Part shown: in pieces, positions 5,234 through 14,838 of the stretch
Layout: every line of letters begins with the position of its first letter
Position numbering within the stretch: position 1 is the first letter of the stretch
Source of the DNA: Candidatus Beckwithbacteria bacterium GW2011_GWC1_49_16
GTDB taxonomy: Bacteria > Patescibacteriota > Microgenomatia > UBA1400 > CG1-02-47-37
Assembly: GCA_001029675.1 (NCBI GenBank)
Contig: CP011210.1
Coordinates: 907,280-946,890, forward strand
Direction of reading: 5' to 3'
DNA: 39,611 nt
The notes under the pieces: model-generated
What the model saw: the letters and a program-made list of their open reading frames with translations, nothing else
Database searches by the model: none
What the model was told of the DNA's origin: nothing
Made by a program: the position numbers and the translations under genes

Positions 5234-8200
5234 TTATTCTATGGTAGCCCGTTCCTCGTTGGTGGGAATCAGGCGACCGATTATAACATTTTCTTTGAGA
5301 CCCAAAAGGTAATCTTCCCTACCGCTGGCGGCGGCTTGGGTGAGGATGGATGAGGTGTTCTGGAAAGAGGCGGCGGATAACCAGGACTCGGTGTGCAGGC
5401 TTGAGCGGGTAATGCCCAAAATTACCTGGCGGGCCTGGGCCAGTTCGCCTTTTTGCTTTTTGGCGGTGGTGTTTTCGACCTCGAAGCGGGCTTTTTCGAC
5501 CAGTTCGCCTGCCATAAGATTGGTGTCTCCGACCTTGGCGACTTTGAGCTTGTCGGACATTTTGCGAATGATGGCTTCAAAGTGCTTGTCGTGGATGGGG
5601 ATGCCCTGGGATTCGTAGACAGCCTGGATCTCTTTGACCAAATACTCCTGGGCGCCGCGGAGGCCGCGGGTTAATAATAAGTCGGTGATGTTTAGGGAAC
5701 CGGTGGCCAGCCTGTCGCCCATTTTGACCAGTTGGCCCGATTTGACCTTGAGGGTGGAAGTTAAAGGCACTTTGTAGGTTTTGGGTTTGTCGTTGCCGCC
5801 GGGCTTAACCGTGACCTCATAGGCTTGGGGGGTTTCTTTGATGCTGACTTTGCCGTCGATCTCGGCCAAGGGAGAGGCGATTTTGGGGGTGCGGGCCTCG
5901 AACAATTCTTCTACCCGAGGCAGGCCCTGGGTGACGTCGGAAACGACGATGCCGCCGAAGTGTTTGACCCTCATGGTCAGCTGGGTACCCGGCTCGCCGA
6001 TTGATTGGGCGGCGACGACCCCGACCGGGGCGCCGATGGTGACCGGCTTTTTAGTGGAAAAGTCCCAGCCGTAGCACTTGGTGCAGAGGCCATAGCGGCT
6101 GGCGCAAGTTAAAGGCGAACGGACTTTAACCTCTTCGACTTTGGCGCGGGTTAAGGCAGCGGCTGAATCTTCGTCGATCAAATCGCCGGCTTTGGCGATA
6201 ATCTTTTTGGTGCGGGGGTGTTTGACGGTTTCGGCCAAAAAGCGGCCGGAAATCCTGACGGTAAAGTATTGTTTTCTGGAATCGGTTAGGTGGCGGATGG
6301 TAATCGAGTCTTTGGTTTTACAATCCTCTTCTCTCACGATAACGTCGTGGGCGACGTCAACCAAGCGGCGGGTTAAGTAGCCGGCGTCGGCAGTTTTGAT
6401 AGCCGAGTCGGTGAGGCCTTTTCTGGAGCCCCTGGTGGAAGTGACGTATTCAAAAACTGACAAACCTTCTCTGAAGTTTGATTTGGTGGGCAACTCGACG
6501 ATTTTACCTAAGGGATCGACGACCAGACCGCGCATGGCGGCTAGCTGCTTGACTTGGTCTTTTGAAGCCCGGGTGCCGCCGGAGTCGATGATGATCTTGA
6601 CTGAATTGTCGGCGCCGAAGTTGTCCCAGGTTTTTTCGGCGATGTCGTCGGTGGTATCCATCCAAAGTTCGTTTGACAGACGGCGTTTTTCCTCTCTGGT
6701 GATGAGGCCGTTTTTGTAGTTCTCTTCGATTTCTGAGGCTTTTTGGTTGGCGGCGTCGATGAGAGCATCTTTTTCGGCAATGATTTTGCAGTCGGTGACG
6801 GCGACCGACAGGCCGGACTGGGTGGCGACGGTAAAGCCTAAGTTTTTGAGGCTGTCGATTAGTTTGACCATGTCATCGGGGGAACAAAGATGAATGGCTT
6901 TTTTGATCAAACCTTTGATTGAAGCGGCGTTGACCGGGCGGTTGATGAAGTCGATTTCGTCGGGGAGGGCTTCGTTGAACAACAGCCTTCCGGGAGTGGT
7001 AGTAATCAGATTGCCTTTAAACATGACTTTAATTTTTTGCCGGGGGTTTAAGGCCTTAAAGTCGAGCGCCAGAAAGACTTCCTCGGGAGAGGCGTAGATT
7101 GTGTCAGCGGGTTTGATACTTTGATCAATTGAAGTGAGGTAGTAGATACCCAAAGCCATGTCTTTGTTGGGAATGGTGATGGGCGAGCCGTCGGCCGGCT
7201 TTAACAGGTTGTTACCTGGCATCATGTAGTCGATGGCCTCGCGTTTGGCGTCTTTGGATAAGGGAACGTGGACGGCCATTTGGTCGCCGTCGAAGTCGGC
7301 GTTGTAGCCAGCGCAAACGCAGGGGTGGATGCGAATGGCGTTGCCCTCGACCAAAACCGGGTAAAAAGCCTGAATGCCGAGTTTATGAAGCGTCGGAGCA
7401 CGGTTTAAGAGCACGGGGTGTTTTTCGATGATGTCTTCCAAAATGTCGAAGACCTCGGCGGGGCGGCTTTCTAAAACATGCTTAGCGCTTTTGACGTTTG
7501 GGGCGTGGCCCTGGGCGATTAACTCGCGCAAGACATATGGCTTGAACATTTCTAGGGCCATGAGTTTGGGGAGGCCGCATTGGTTTAAGTTTAGCTCGGG
7601 GCCAACGACGATGACCGAGCGGCCGGAGTAGTCAACCCGTTTGCCCAAAAGATTTTGGCGGAAGCGACCTTGTTTGCCGCGGAGCATGTCGGCTAACGAC
7701 CGGAGTTCTTTAGAGCCGCGGCGACGAACGGTTCTGGCTTGGGAGGAGTCGATTAAAGTATCTACCGATTCCTGGAGCATGCGTTTTTCGTTTCTTAAAA
7801 TGATTTCGGGAGCGCCGAGGTTGATCAAATGCTTAAGACGGTTGTTGCGGTTTATCACCCGACGGTAAAGGTCGTTTATATCGGAGGAGGCAAAATGGCC
7901 GCCAGAAAGCTGGACCATGGGTCGAAGGTCGGGAGGTAAAACCGGCAAGACGGTAATAATCATCCAGCTGGGATCGAGGCTGGCTTTTTCCAGGCCCTCG
8001 ATGACGCGCAGGCATTTGATAGCCTTGGCTTGGCGTTGACCGGAATATTTTTGGATTTCTTGGCGGTACCTTTTGGTGAGTGCCTTAAGGTCTAATTGTT
8101 TGATAACCTCGAGAATGGCTTCGGCGCCCATGCCGACCTCCATAAAGTCGACGACGTCATATTCTGCCAGTTTCAAATATTCTTCTTCGGACAAAACTGT

Positions 8201-8920
8201 TAGGTTGGTGGTTTTTTTGGACAAATCTTTGACAGTGTCAAAAATTTCTTCGGTGGCGGCTTTGTCGGCGGCCAAAGATTCTCTGATAGAGGCGATGTCG
8301 CGCTTGGTTTTTAAATCGGCTTCGGAAATAGCTAAATCTTGCTGCTCTTTGGCTTTGATTTTGACTTTGATGGCTTTGATGGCTTCCTGGCCGTCTTTTT
8401 TGGCTGCGGCGATGTCTTTTTGGGATTTGGCTTCGAGTTCTTTGAGGCTGTCGTCGAGCTTTTGGCCGAGACGCTTGATAGCCGATTGGCGTTTGTCTTT
8501 ATCGATCGAGATTACTAAGTATTTGGCAAAATAGATGACGCCGGAAAGGTTTCTGGGAGAAACACCCAAAAGCAGAGACAAATGTGAGGGCGAGCCTTTG
8601 AAAAACCAGATGTGGATGACCGGACAGGCGAGGTTGATGTGGCCCATGCGTTCGCGGCGAACGCGGCTTTGGGTGACTTCGACACCGCATTTGTCGCAGA
8701 TGATGCCGCGATAGCGAATTCTTTTGTATTTGCCACAATAACATTCCCAGTCTTTGGTGGGGCCGAAGATGCGTTCGCAGAAAAGGCCGTCTTTTTCTGG
8801 CTTTAGAGTACGGTAGTTTATGGTTTCTGGTTTTAAAACTTCGCCGTGAGACCAAGACTTAATCGTCTCGGGAGAAGCGAGTTTTATCTGCAGGCTGGTA
8901 AAGTCAGTTAGATTTTGCAT
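5234..8920 (-). CDS. rpoC: DNA-directed RNA polymerase subunit beta'
   Basis: 1228 aa. It has the zinc-binding [23 protein letters not shown] segment and the catalytic [12 protein letters not shown] motif. Confidence 0.98.
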   Translation of the reverse strand: MQNLTDFTSLQIKLASPETIKSWSHGEVLKPETINYRTLKPEKDGLFCERIFGPTKDWECYCGKYKRIRYRGIICDKCGVEVTQSRVRRERMGHINLACPVIHIWFFKGSPSHLSLLLGVSPRNLSGVIYFAKYLVISIDKDKRQSAIKRLGQKLDDSLKELEAKSQKDIAAAKKDGQEAIKAIKVKIKAKEQQDLAISEADLKTKRDIASIRESLAADKAATEEIFDTVKDLSKKTTNLTVLSEEEYLKLAEYDVVDFMEVGMGAEAILEVIKQLDLKALTKRYRQEIQKYSGQRQAKAIKCLRVIEGLEKASLDPSWMIITVLPVLPPDLRPMVQLSGGHFASSDINDLYRRVINRNNRLKHLINLGAPEIILRNEKRMLQESVDTLIDSSQARTVRRRGSKELRSLADMLRGKQGRFRQNLLGKRVDYSGRSVIVVGPELNLNQCGLPKLMALEMFKPYVLRELIAQGHAPNVKSAKHVLESRPAEVFDILEDIIEKHPVLLNRAPTLHKLGIQAFYPVLVEGNAIRIHPCVCAGYNADFDGDQMAVHVPLSKDAKREAIDYMMPGNNLLKPADGSPITIPNKDMALGIYYLTSIDQSIKPADTIYASPEEVFLALDFKALNPRQKIKVMFKGNLITTTPGRLLFNEALPDEIDFINRPVNAASIKGLIKKAIHLCSPDDMVKLIDSLKNLGFTVATQSGLSVAVTDCKIIAEKDALIDAANQKASEIEENYKNGLITREEKRRLSNELWMDTTDDIAEKTWDNFGADNSVKIIIDSGGTRASKDQVKQLAAMRGLVVDPLGKIVELPTKSNFREGLSVFEYVTSTRGSRKGLTDSAIKTADAGYLTRRLVDVAHDVIVREEDCKTKDSITIRHLTDSRKQYFTVRISGRFLAETVKHPRTKKIIAKAGDLIDEDSAAALTRAKVEEVKVRSPLTCASRYGLCTKCYGWDFSTKKPVTIGAPVGVVAAQSIGEPGTQLTMRVKHFGGIVVSDVTQGLPRVEELFEARTPKIASPLAEIDGKVSIKETPQAYEVTVKPGGNDKPKTYKVPLTSTLKVKSGQLVKMGDRLATGSLNITDLLLTRGLRGAQEYLVKEIQAVYESQGIPIHDKHFEAIIRKMSDKLKVAKVGDTNLMAGELVEKARFEVENTTAKKQKGELAQARQVILGITRSSLHTESWLSAASFQNTSSILTQAAASGREDYLLGLKENVIIGRLIPTNEERATIE

Positions 8921-11900
8921 CTGTCTGGTTGTCTTCTGCCTCGAGAGGTTCGTCGTCTACTTTAGCCTCTTCGGTGGCGCCCTTGGGAATGATATTTAAC
9001 CCAAGGCTTGAGAGTTCTTTAACCAAAACCCTAAAGGATTCGGGGATGGTGGCTTCGGGGATGTCGAGGTTTTTGACGATAGCTTCAAAGGCTTTGGCTC
9101 GGCCGACGACGTCGTCGGATTTGATGGTAAGCATTTCTTGAAGGGTGTGGGCGGCACGGTGTGACTCAAGCGCCCAAACTTCCATTTCGCCCAGACGTTG
9201 CCCGCCCATCTGAGCCTTGCCGCCTAGGGGTTGCTGGGTGACGAGCGAGTAGGGCCCGGTAGAACGAGCGTGGGTTTTGTCCTCGACCATGTGGATGAGT
9301 TTTAAAATGTAGGCGACACCCACGGCGACTTTTTTATCGAAGGGCTCCCCAGTACGACCATCGTAAAGAACTGTTTTGCCGCTAACCGGAAGCTTGGCTT
9401 TAGTAAGCTCCTGAGCAACTTTATCTTCGTCGATGGGTTCAAAAACGGGCAAGGCAACTCGGTAGTCAAGTTTTTGCACTGCCCAACCTAATTGTGCCTC
9501 TAGAAGTTGGCCGAGATTCATCCGGGCTAGAACCGATAAGGGCGAGATGATGATGTCCACGGGCTTGCCATCGGCAAAATAAGGCATGTCAGCTTCGGGA
9601 ACGATTTTGCTGATGACGCCTTTATTGCCATGGCGGCCAGCGAGTTTGTCACCGACAACGATTTTTCTCATTTGGGCCACTTGGACGACAACTTTTTTGA
9701 TGACACCAGGGTCGAGTTCGTCCCCTTTTTCTCGATCAAAAATTTTAACTTCGATAACGGTACCGCCTTCCCCATGGGGAACTCTTAAGGAAGTGTCGCG
9801 GACCTCGCGGGCTTTCTCGCCAAAAATGGCTCGAAGTAATCTTTCCTCTGCCGTTAATTCTGTTTCGCCTTTAGGGGCAATTTTGCCAACTAGGATATCG
9901 TTAGGACCAACAAGGCTGCCGACGACGACTATCCCCTCTTCGCTCAAGTTAGCAAGTTCTGTTTCGCCGACATTAGGAATGTCTCTGGTTAATTCTTCTG
10001 GGCCTAACTTTGTGTCCATGATTTGAGCTTCATACTCGTTGATCATGATCGAAGTTAAAATGTCTTCTTTGACCAGACGATCGGAGATAATAATGGCGTC
10101 TTCGTAGCCTAAGCCTTCGTAGTTCATATAGGCAATAGTCAGGTTTTGACCCAGGGCCAGCTCGCCTTCGTCACAGGCGGGTCCATCAATGATCATTTGA
10201 CCGGCTTTAACTTTATCGTTGACTTCGACCAGTGGGTGTTGAGAGTAACAGGTGGACTGGGTGGTGCGGGAGAATTTAGTAGTTTGATAAGTAATGTCGT
10301 TGCCAGAAATAGAAATAGTTTCTGGAAGTTGAGATTTTAATTGAGAGAGCTTTTTAGTGTCTTTTTTCGAGGTTTTAACTATTGTTTTTTCGGCGTCTAC
10401 ATAAATAACCTTACCCTCCACTAAGGCCTGAACAATGCGGTTCATCGACTGAGGGATTTCTGTCTCCATACCCGTGCCAATTATGGGCGCCTCTGGTTTA
10501 ACAAGAGGAACAGCTTGACATTGCATGTGAGTGCCCATGAGAGCCCGGTTGGCTTCGTCGTGGGCAATAAAGGGAATTAGAGAGGCTGAAGTGCCGACTA
10601 CTTGACGAGGAACGACGTCGATATATTCTATCTGATTGGCAGAGACTTCGATAAATTCACCCTGGTAGCGAGCCGGAACCCATTCATCGGTGAGGTAAGC
10701 GTGACCGTCTATACCGATGTCGGCGTGAGTAATATAGTGGTTTTCCTCTTCGTCGGAAGCGAGATAAACAATTTCATCGGTAACCTGCATTTTGGTTTTT
10801 CCAGCGGTAGTTTTTTTGACTACTTTGCGGTAAGGCGTTTCTAAAAAGCCAAACTTATTAACTCGAGCGTAGAGGGCCAGATAAGTAACTAGCCCAATGT
10901 TCGGACCTTCTGGTGAACGGACGGGGCAGATTCGCCCATATTGGCTGGAGTTGATGTCGCGCATGGAAAAAGAGGCTCTTTCTCGCGTAACTCCGCCAGA
11001 GCCCATGACTGACAAACGTCTTAAATTATCTATCTCTGATAGAGGATTGGTTTGATCAAGAATAGTAGAGAGGCGATTTCTTCGGAAAAAATCGGAAACA
11101 GATGCGATTACCGGCCGGGGATTAACTAGTGTACTGGGGGTGACTTCGATATCAGCCTTAGCTAGGCTCATTTTTTCTCTAATGGAACGTTCGAGACGCA
11201 AGAGGCCGATACGAAAAGCAGTGGAGCTAACGAGCTCTCCTACGCGACGGACTCTACGGTTTGAAAGGCTGTCAATATCGTCGACTCTACCTTGACCATT
11301 TTGTAAACCGATCAGGTATTTGATGGCAGCAATTATATCTTGAGCGGTTAAAACGTGGTTTTGAATATCAATATCTAGGCGTAAACGACGGTTTAGCTTA
11401 TAACGACCAACATCACCCAAATCGTAACGCCGCGGATCAAAAAACATTCGGTGGAGAAGCTCTTTGGCGTTTTCCAAAATTGCCGGCTCGCCGGGACGCA
11501 TTTTTTGGTAAATTTCTATTAAGGCCTCTTCCTGGGTTTTGGTGGGATCCTTTTCGAGCATAGATAAAGTGTAGGGGTGTTTTTGGTTGGTATCGACTTC
11601 GGCAAAATGTTTTAAAATTGCTTCGTCGTCAAGCGATTTCATGGCTCGGAGCAAAGTGGTGGCGGAAAATTTGCGGTGACGATCAATTTTGACGGTAATG
11701 GTGTTGTAGCGAGTGACGTTAAACTCCAGCCAAGATCCCCTGAGGGGTCTTAACTCGGCGGCATAAAGCATTCTGCCCGTAGACATGTCGGGCTCGCCGG
11801 AAAAAAATACCCCCGGAGATCTAACCAGTTGATTGACCACGGCTCGCTCGATACCGTTGATAATGAAGGTGCCGATTTGGGTCATTTGGGGAATGTCGCC

Positions 11901-12239
11901 CATAAAAACTTCTTGTTCGACCTCGTCGCCGGTCTGCAGGTTAGTGAGCTTGGCTTTGACTCTTAGAGGAACTTCGTAGCTAAGGCCTTTATCTTGCGCT
12001 TCGTCAGGAGAATGCTTGGGCTTACCAATTTGGTGTTCACCGAAAGAAAGCTGCCAATTTTTACCAGTAAAGTCAGCTATAGGAGAAATGCTTTCCAAGG
12101 ACTCTTTGATACCAAGGCTTAAAAACCAGTCGTAAGATTCTTTTTGAACATCGATGAGGTTTAATTGAGGGAGTTTAGCGGGTTGGTCGCCCCAAACGAT
12201 TCGGTTTTTAGTTTTGGCTTGAGAGGTTAGTTTAGACAT
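8904..12239 (-). CDS. rpoB: DNA-directed RNA polymerase subunit beta
   Basis: 1111 aa with typical beta motifs (GRHGNKGVISKI, SRMNLGQLLE, MVEDKTHARSTGPYSLVTQQPLGGKAQMGGQRLGEMEVWALE). Overlaps the rpoC start by 17 nt. Confidence 0.98.
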   Translation of the reverse strand: MSKLTSQAKTKNRIVWGDQPAKLPQLNLIDVQKESYDWFLSLGIKESLESISPIADFTGKNWQLSFGEHQIGKPKHSPDEAQDKGLSYEVPLRVKAKLTNLQTGDEVEQEVFMGDIPQMTQIGTFIINGIERAVVNQLVRSPGVFFSGEPDMSTGRMLYAAELRPLRGSWLEFNVTRYNTITVKIDRHRKFSATTLLRAMKSLDDEAILKHFAEVDTNQKHPYTLSMLEKDPTKTQEEALIEIYQKMRPGEPAILENAKELLHRMFFDPRRYDLGDVGRYKLNRRLRLDIDIQNHVLTAQDIIAAIKYLIGLQNGQGRVDDIDSLSNRRVRRVGELVSSTAFRIGLLRLERSIREKMSLAKADIEVTPSTLVNPRPVIASVSDFFRRNRLSTILDQTNPLSEIDNLRRLSVMGSGGVTRERASFSMRDINSSQYGRICPVRSPEGPNIGLVTYLALYARVNKFGFLETPYRKVVKKTTAGKTKMQVTDEIVYLASDEEENHYITHADIGIDGHAYLTDEWVPARYQGEFIEVSANQIEYIDVVPRQVVGTSASLIPFIAHDEANRALMGTHMQCQAVPLVKPEAPIIGTGMETEIPQSMNRIVQALVEGKVIYVDAEKTIVKTSKKDTKKLSQLKSQLPETISISGNDITYQTTKFSRTTQSTCYSQHPLVEVNDKVKAGQMIIDGPACDEGELALGQNLTIAYMNYEGLGYEDAIIISDRLVKEDILTSIMINEYEAQIMDTKLGPEELTRDIPNVGETELANLSEEGIVVVGSLVGPNDILVGKIAPKGETELTAEERLLRAIFGEKAREVRDTSLRVPHGEGGTVIEVKIFDREKGDELDPGVIKKVVVQVAQMRKIVVGDKLAGRHGNKGVISKIVPEADMPYFADGKPVDIIISPLSVLARMNLGQLLEAQLGWAVQKLDYRVALPVFEPIDEDKVAQELTKAKLPVSGKTVLYDGRTGEPFDKKVAVGVAYILKLIHMVEDKTHARSTGPYSLVTQQPLGGKAQMGGQRLGEMEVWALESHRAAHTLQEMLTIKSDDVVGRAKAFEAIVKNLDIPEATIPESFRVLVKELSSLGLNIIPKGATEEAKVDDEPLEAEDNQTDAKSN

Positions 12240-12253
12240 TTAAACAGGAACAC

Positions 12254-12279
12254 AAAAAACGGGCATTAGACCCGTTTTT
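12254..12279 (-). terminator. Intrinsic-terminator-like hairpin plus U-tract, 14 nt upstream of the rpoB ATG (possible attenuator)
   Basis: The minus strand reads AAAAACGGG-TCTAATG-CCCGTTTTTT-GTGTT...ATG. The stem is 9 bp (4 GC + 5 AU), the loop 7 nt, followed by a T6 run. Confidence 0.55.
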
Positions 12280-12434
12280 AACTAACAACAGGTTGTCAAT
12301 TATGGCAAAGCTTATCCCCGACACTGATTTTTGGTTGTCACTTAGTAAGAGTCAAAAGTAATATTAGATAAAGATCTATGACTTACTCTATACTAAATGA
12401 ACAAAAAATTTCCCTTTTAATAGGCTGAAACTCA

Positions 12435-12462
12435 AGTATAACAAGGTTTCACCAATTGTCAA
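12435..12462 (-). promoter_or_regulatory. Putative sigma70-type promoter for rpoBC (TTGACA, 16 nt, TATACT)
   Basis: On the minus strand, TTGACA is at 12462-12457 and TATACT at 12440-12435, just downstream of the mltG stop. This would give a leader of roughly 190 nt containing the hairpin at 12254-12279. Confidence 0.35.
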
Positions 12463-12473
12463 CAGGTTAAAGA

Positions 12474-13490
12474 CTAATTGAGATACTGGGAAATATTTTG
12501 GTTATGCCCTTCTATGTCTTTGGCGTAGTGGTTGTAACCGCCAGAGTCAGAAACATAATACAGATAATCTGTATCGGCCGGATCAATAGCCGCCTCAAGA
12601 GCTGCTAGCCCTGGGTTGGCGATCGGAGCCGGGGGCAACCCAGGATGAGCGTAGGTGTTGTAGGCAGAAAGGGTGGTTAATTGTTCTCGGCTAAGGTTTT
12701 GGGACCACCAGTTGTCTGGCTGACCCAAGGCGTATTGAACGGTAGCGTCGAGCTGGAGAGCCATACCTAAATTCAGTCGGTTATAAATGACGCTTGAAAC
12801 TAGGGGGCGGTCTGATTCATGCCTGGCTTCCCTTTCGATTAGAGAGGCAATAATGATAAGCTGATCGGGGCTAAACTTTTGAGGTTGCGGTAGCTTTAGA
12901 GAAGAAAATTTTTTATCAAAGTTGTTGGTTAGAATGGAAACGATGTCTTCGGCCGTAGCCTGTTGAGGAATGAGGTAGGTGTCGGGGAAAAGACGACCTT
13001 CGTAGGGCTTGGCGGCGACGATAAAGTCTTGACTGGAAAGAGAAGATTTTTTAGCGATGGCGGCGGCGACTTGCTCGCTTCGCCAACCCTCTGGGATAGT
13101 CAACCAATAATCAAGGCTGCCGTGGGCTAAAGATTCAATAATGGCAGGCAAATCCATCGAGTAAGAAATGTAAAAATCCCCTGCCTGGAGCTTAGCGTCA
13201 AGGCTTTTTCGGTTTAATAAAAGTTTAAAAGCAAGCTGACTTCTGATGTAACCCTGGTCTTCGAGGCGTTTGCCGATGGTGTTGGCAGTTTGTCCCTGAG
13301 GCACGACAAAAACTTGGCGGGTATCATCGTTTGCGTCTATCGGACTGGTGGCCCAGCGCCACCAGAAAAAAATGCCCATAGATAAGGCCAGCAACAAGGC
13401 AAAGCCGATTACAAAGGAGGGTTTAAACTTCTTCAAACAGGGCGCGGCGATATTTTCTGGTCTTTTGATTGTAAATAAAAATCCGGCCAC
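12474..13490 (-). CDS. mltG: Endolytic murein transglycosylase MltG (YceG-like)
   Basis: N-terminal TM helix, TIPEGW motif, and catalytic region LIIIASLIEREARHESDRPLVSSVIYNRLNLGMALQLDATVQYAL. The start is uncertain because the 5' end overlaps the small ORF 13423..13623; an in-frame TTG at 13436 is an alternative. Confidence 0.9.
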   Translation of the reverse strand: MAGFLFTIKRPENIAAPCLKKFKPSFVIGFALLLALSMGIFFWWRWATSPIDANDDTRQVFVVPQGQTANTIGKRLEDQGYIRSQLAFKLLLNRKSLDAKLQAGDFYISYSMDLPAIIESLAHGSLDYWLTIPEGWRSEQVAAAIAKKSSLSSQDFIVAAKPYEGRLFPDTYLIPQQATAEDIVSILTNNFDKKFSSLKLPQPQKFSPDQLIIIASLIEREARHESDRPLVSSVIYNRLNLGMALQLDATVQYALGQPDNWWSQNLSREQLTTLSAYNTYAHPGLPPAPIANPGLAALEAAIDPADTDYLYYVSDSGGYNHYAKDIEGHNQNISQYLN

Positions 13491-13623
13491 ACTTGCAGGT
13501 TATTTTTTGTTTGTTGTTGGAATATTCTTTGATCTTGCCGTTTTTTAGGGGCGTGCCGCAGCCGACACATTGGCCTCGAGATAAAAGCCAAGCTTGGACA
13601 GGAGCGATAATGTTTTTAAACAT
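13423..13623 (-). CDS. Small zinc-ribbon-like protein (CxxC...CxC)
   Basis: 66-aa ORF MFKNIIAPVQAWLLSRGQCVGCGTPLKNGK...ITCKCGRIF. Four Cys are arranged as CxxC-x21-CxC. It fills the ruvX-mltG gap in the same orientation. Confidence 0.5.
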   Translation of the reverse strand: MFKNIIAPVQAWLLSRGQCVGCGTPLKNGKIKEYSNNKQKITCKCGRIFIYNQKTRKYRRALFEEV

Positions 13624-13640
13624 GCTTATTTATCATGATA

Positions 13641-14030
13641 TCAGGCTTTAGTGGGTTGATCAAGATACTGCTGCAAGATCAGGGTGGCGGCGGCTTGGTG
13701 GTCGAGGCGACGTTTTTTGACCGGAGCCATGGCCTGCAAAAGTTTTTGGACAGCTTCTTTACTGGTGAGGGTTTCGTCTTCGAAAATTACGGGCAAACCG
13801 GTGACGGCTTCAAGTTTTTTGGAAAAAGTTTTGACTTTGGGGGCAAGACTGCCCTCGGGGAGGCCCAAAACTATGGTTGAAACCTGATGGTCGTTTATTA
13901 CTTGGGCGAGAAATTTTAAAAGCTTGGTCTCAGATTGGTAGCGTTTTTGCCCTAGGGGTTCTGCCAGCGGGCCTGAAGCTAGGCTTAAACCGACTACTGC
14001 CAGGCCAAAGTCTATGCCTAGATAAGTCAT
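13641..14030 (-). CDS. ruvX: Holliday junction resolvase-like / pre-16S rRNA nuclease RuvX (YqgF)
   Basis: MTYLGIDFGLAVVGLSL...IVLGLPEG...DETLTSKEA...DHQAAATLILQQYLD matches the YqgF family pattern. Confidence 0.9.
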   Translation of the reverse strand: MTYLGIDFGLAVVGLSLASGPLAEPLGQKRYQSETKLLKFLAQVINDHQVSTIVLGLPEGSLAPKVKTFSKKLEAVTGLPVIFEDETLTSKEAVQKLLQAMAPVKKRRLDHQAAATLILQQYLDQPTKA

Positions 14031-14035
14031 GAGTT

Positions 14036-14821
14036 TTATGTTTTTACCAATTGGGCCTTGATGATGCCGCGCCTTAAATAGGTCCCTGGGGGGACACAGG
14101 TTACCAAGGTTAGTTCTTTTTTGTCGAAACGCTGTTCCAGGATGTCGATCTCGTCGGGAGAAACTTCGTAGTAATCGGTAACTTGGTAAGTATAAATTAT
14201 GCCGTCGAACTTGACCATGATCTCGTCTCCAGGCCTCAGGGTGGGAAGCAAAGAAAAAATGGAAATATAATTTTCAGGGTCATAAAACTGGGGCAAAATC
14301 GAGTGGCCAAATATAACCGGGTTGCCGACTTCGCCCGGGTTGGCGGTACCGCCGTAGTGAATTAAAGATTTATCCAAATCCCGTCCGCCGATGGTCACTA
14401 AAGCATCTTTAATTCTTAACTTGGGAATGCTGATGGTGTAGTCGGTAATGTTTGAAGTAATTTCCTGAGGACGGGCAAAGTTAAACCAAGAGTCGATATT
14501 AGTGTAGTCGACGCTTGAGGCTAAGACGCGCTGGTCATCGCTAATCGGGTTTGCCGGCTGGGGAGAGATGTAACCTCTTGCCTCGGAAAGCGCCTCGTCT
14601 GGAACCGGGCTTAAGATTTGGGGGCGGCGGGTTTGACGTACAAAAGCGGTTAACTCGTAAGAAACAATCGGATAGCCAACAGAGATGATTAGGCTGGCAC
14701 CGACGGTCATCATAATGGTCGGGAGCAAGCCCCTAAACCGGTTGAGACGATTGGCCCAGGCAAGACTGGCTAACTGTTTTTCGATATCCTGAGGAGGATT
14801 TTTTAAATACACGTATGTCAT
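14036..14821 (-). CDS. Sortase family transpeptidase
   Basis: N-terminal TM anchor, catalytic His region NPVIFGHS, and the TLVTC motif followed by a conserved Arg (LTLVTCVPPGTYLRRG). Confidence 0.85.
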   Translation of the reverse strand: MTYVYLKNPPQDIEKQLASLAWANRLNRFRGLLPTIMMTVGASLIISVGYPIVSYELTAFVRQTRRPQILSPVPDEALSEARGYISPQPANPISDDQRVLASSVDYTNIDSWFNFARPQEITSNITDYTISIPKLRIKDALVTIGGRDLDKSLIHYGGTANPGEVGNPVIFGHSILPQFYDPENYISIFSLLPTLRPGDEIMVKFDGIIYTYQVTDYYEVSPDEIDILEQRFDKKELTLVTCVPPGTYLRRGIIKAQLVKT

Positions 14822-14838
14822 GGGCAGGACTTTTAAAA

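Noticed and set aside
5340-12000. Numerous 60-150-aa plus-strand ORFs opposite rpoC and rpoB, plus the minus-strand alternative-frame ORFs 8499..8855 and 8515..8736
   Set aside because: These are antisense or alternative-frame ORFs inside very strongly supported genes, a typical by-product of GC-rich third positions. I see no motifs and no room for independent expression signals.
12294-12299. Second TTGACA (minus strand) in the rpoB upstream spacer as a promoter
   Set aside because: No acceptable -10 lies at 16-18 nt; the sequence there is the terminator stem (AACGGG). The TTGACA at 12462-12457, with TATACT 16 nt downstream, is the better candidate.
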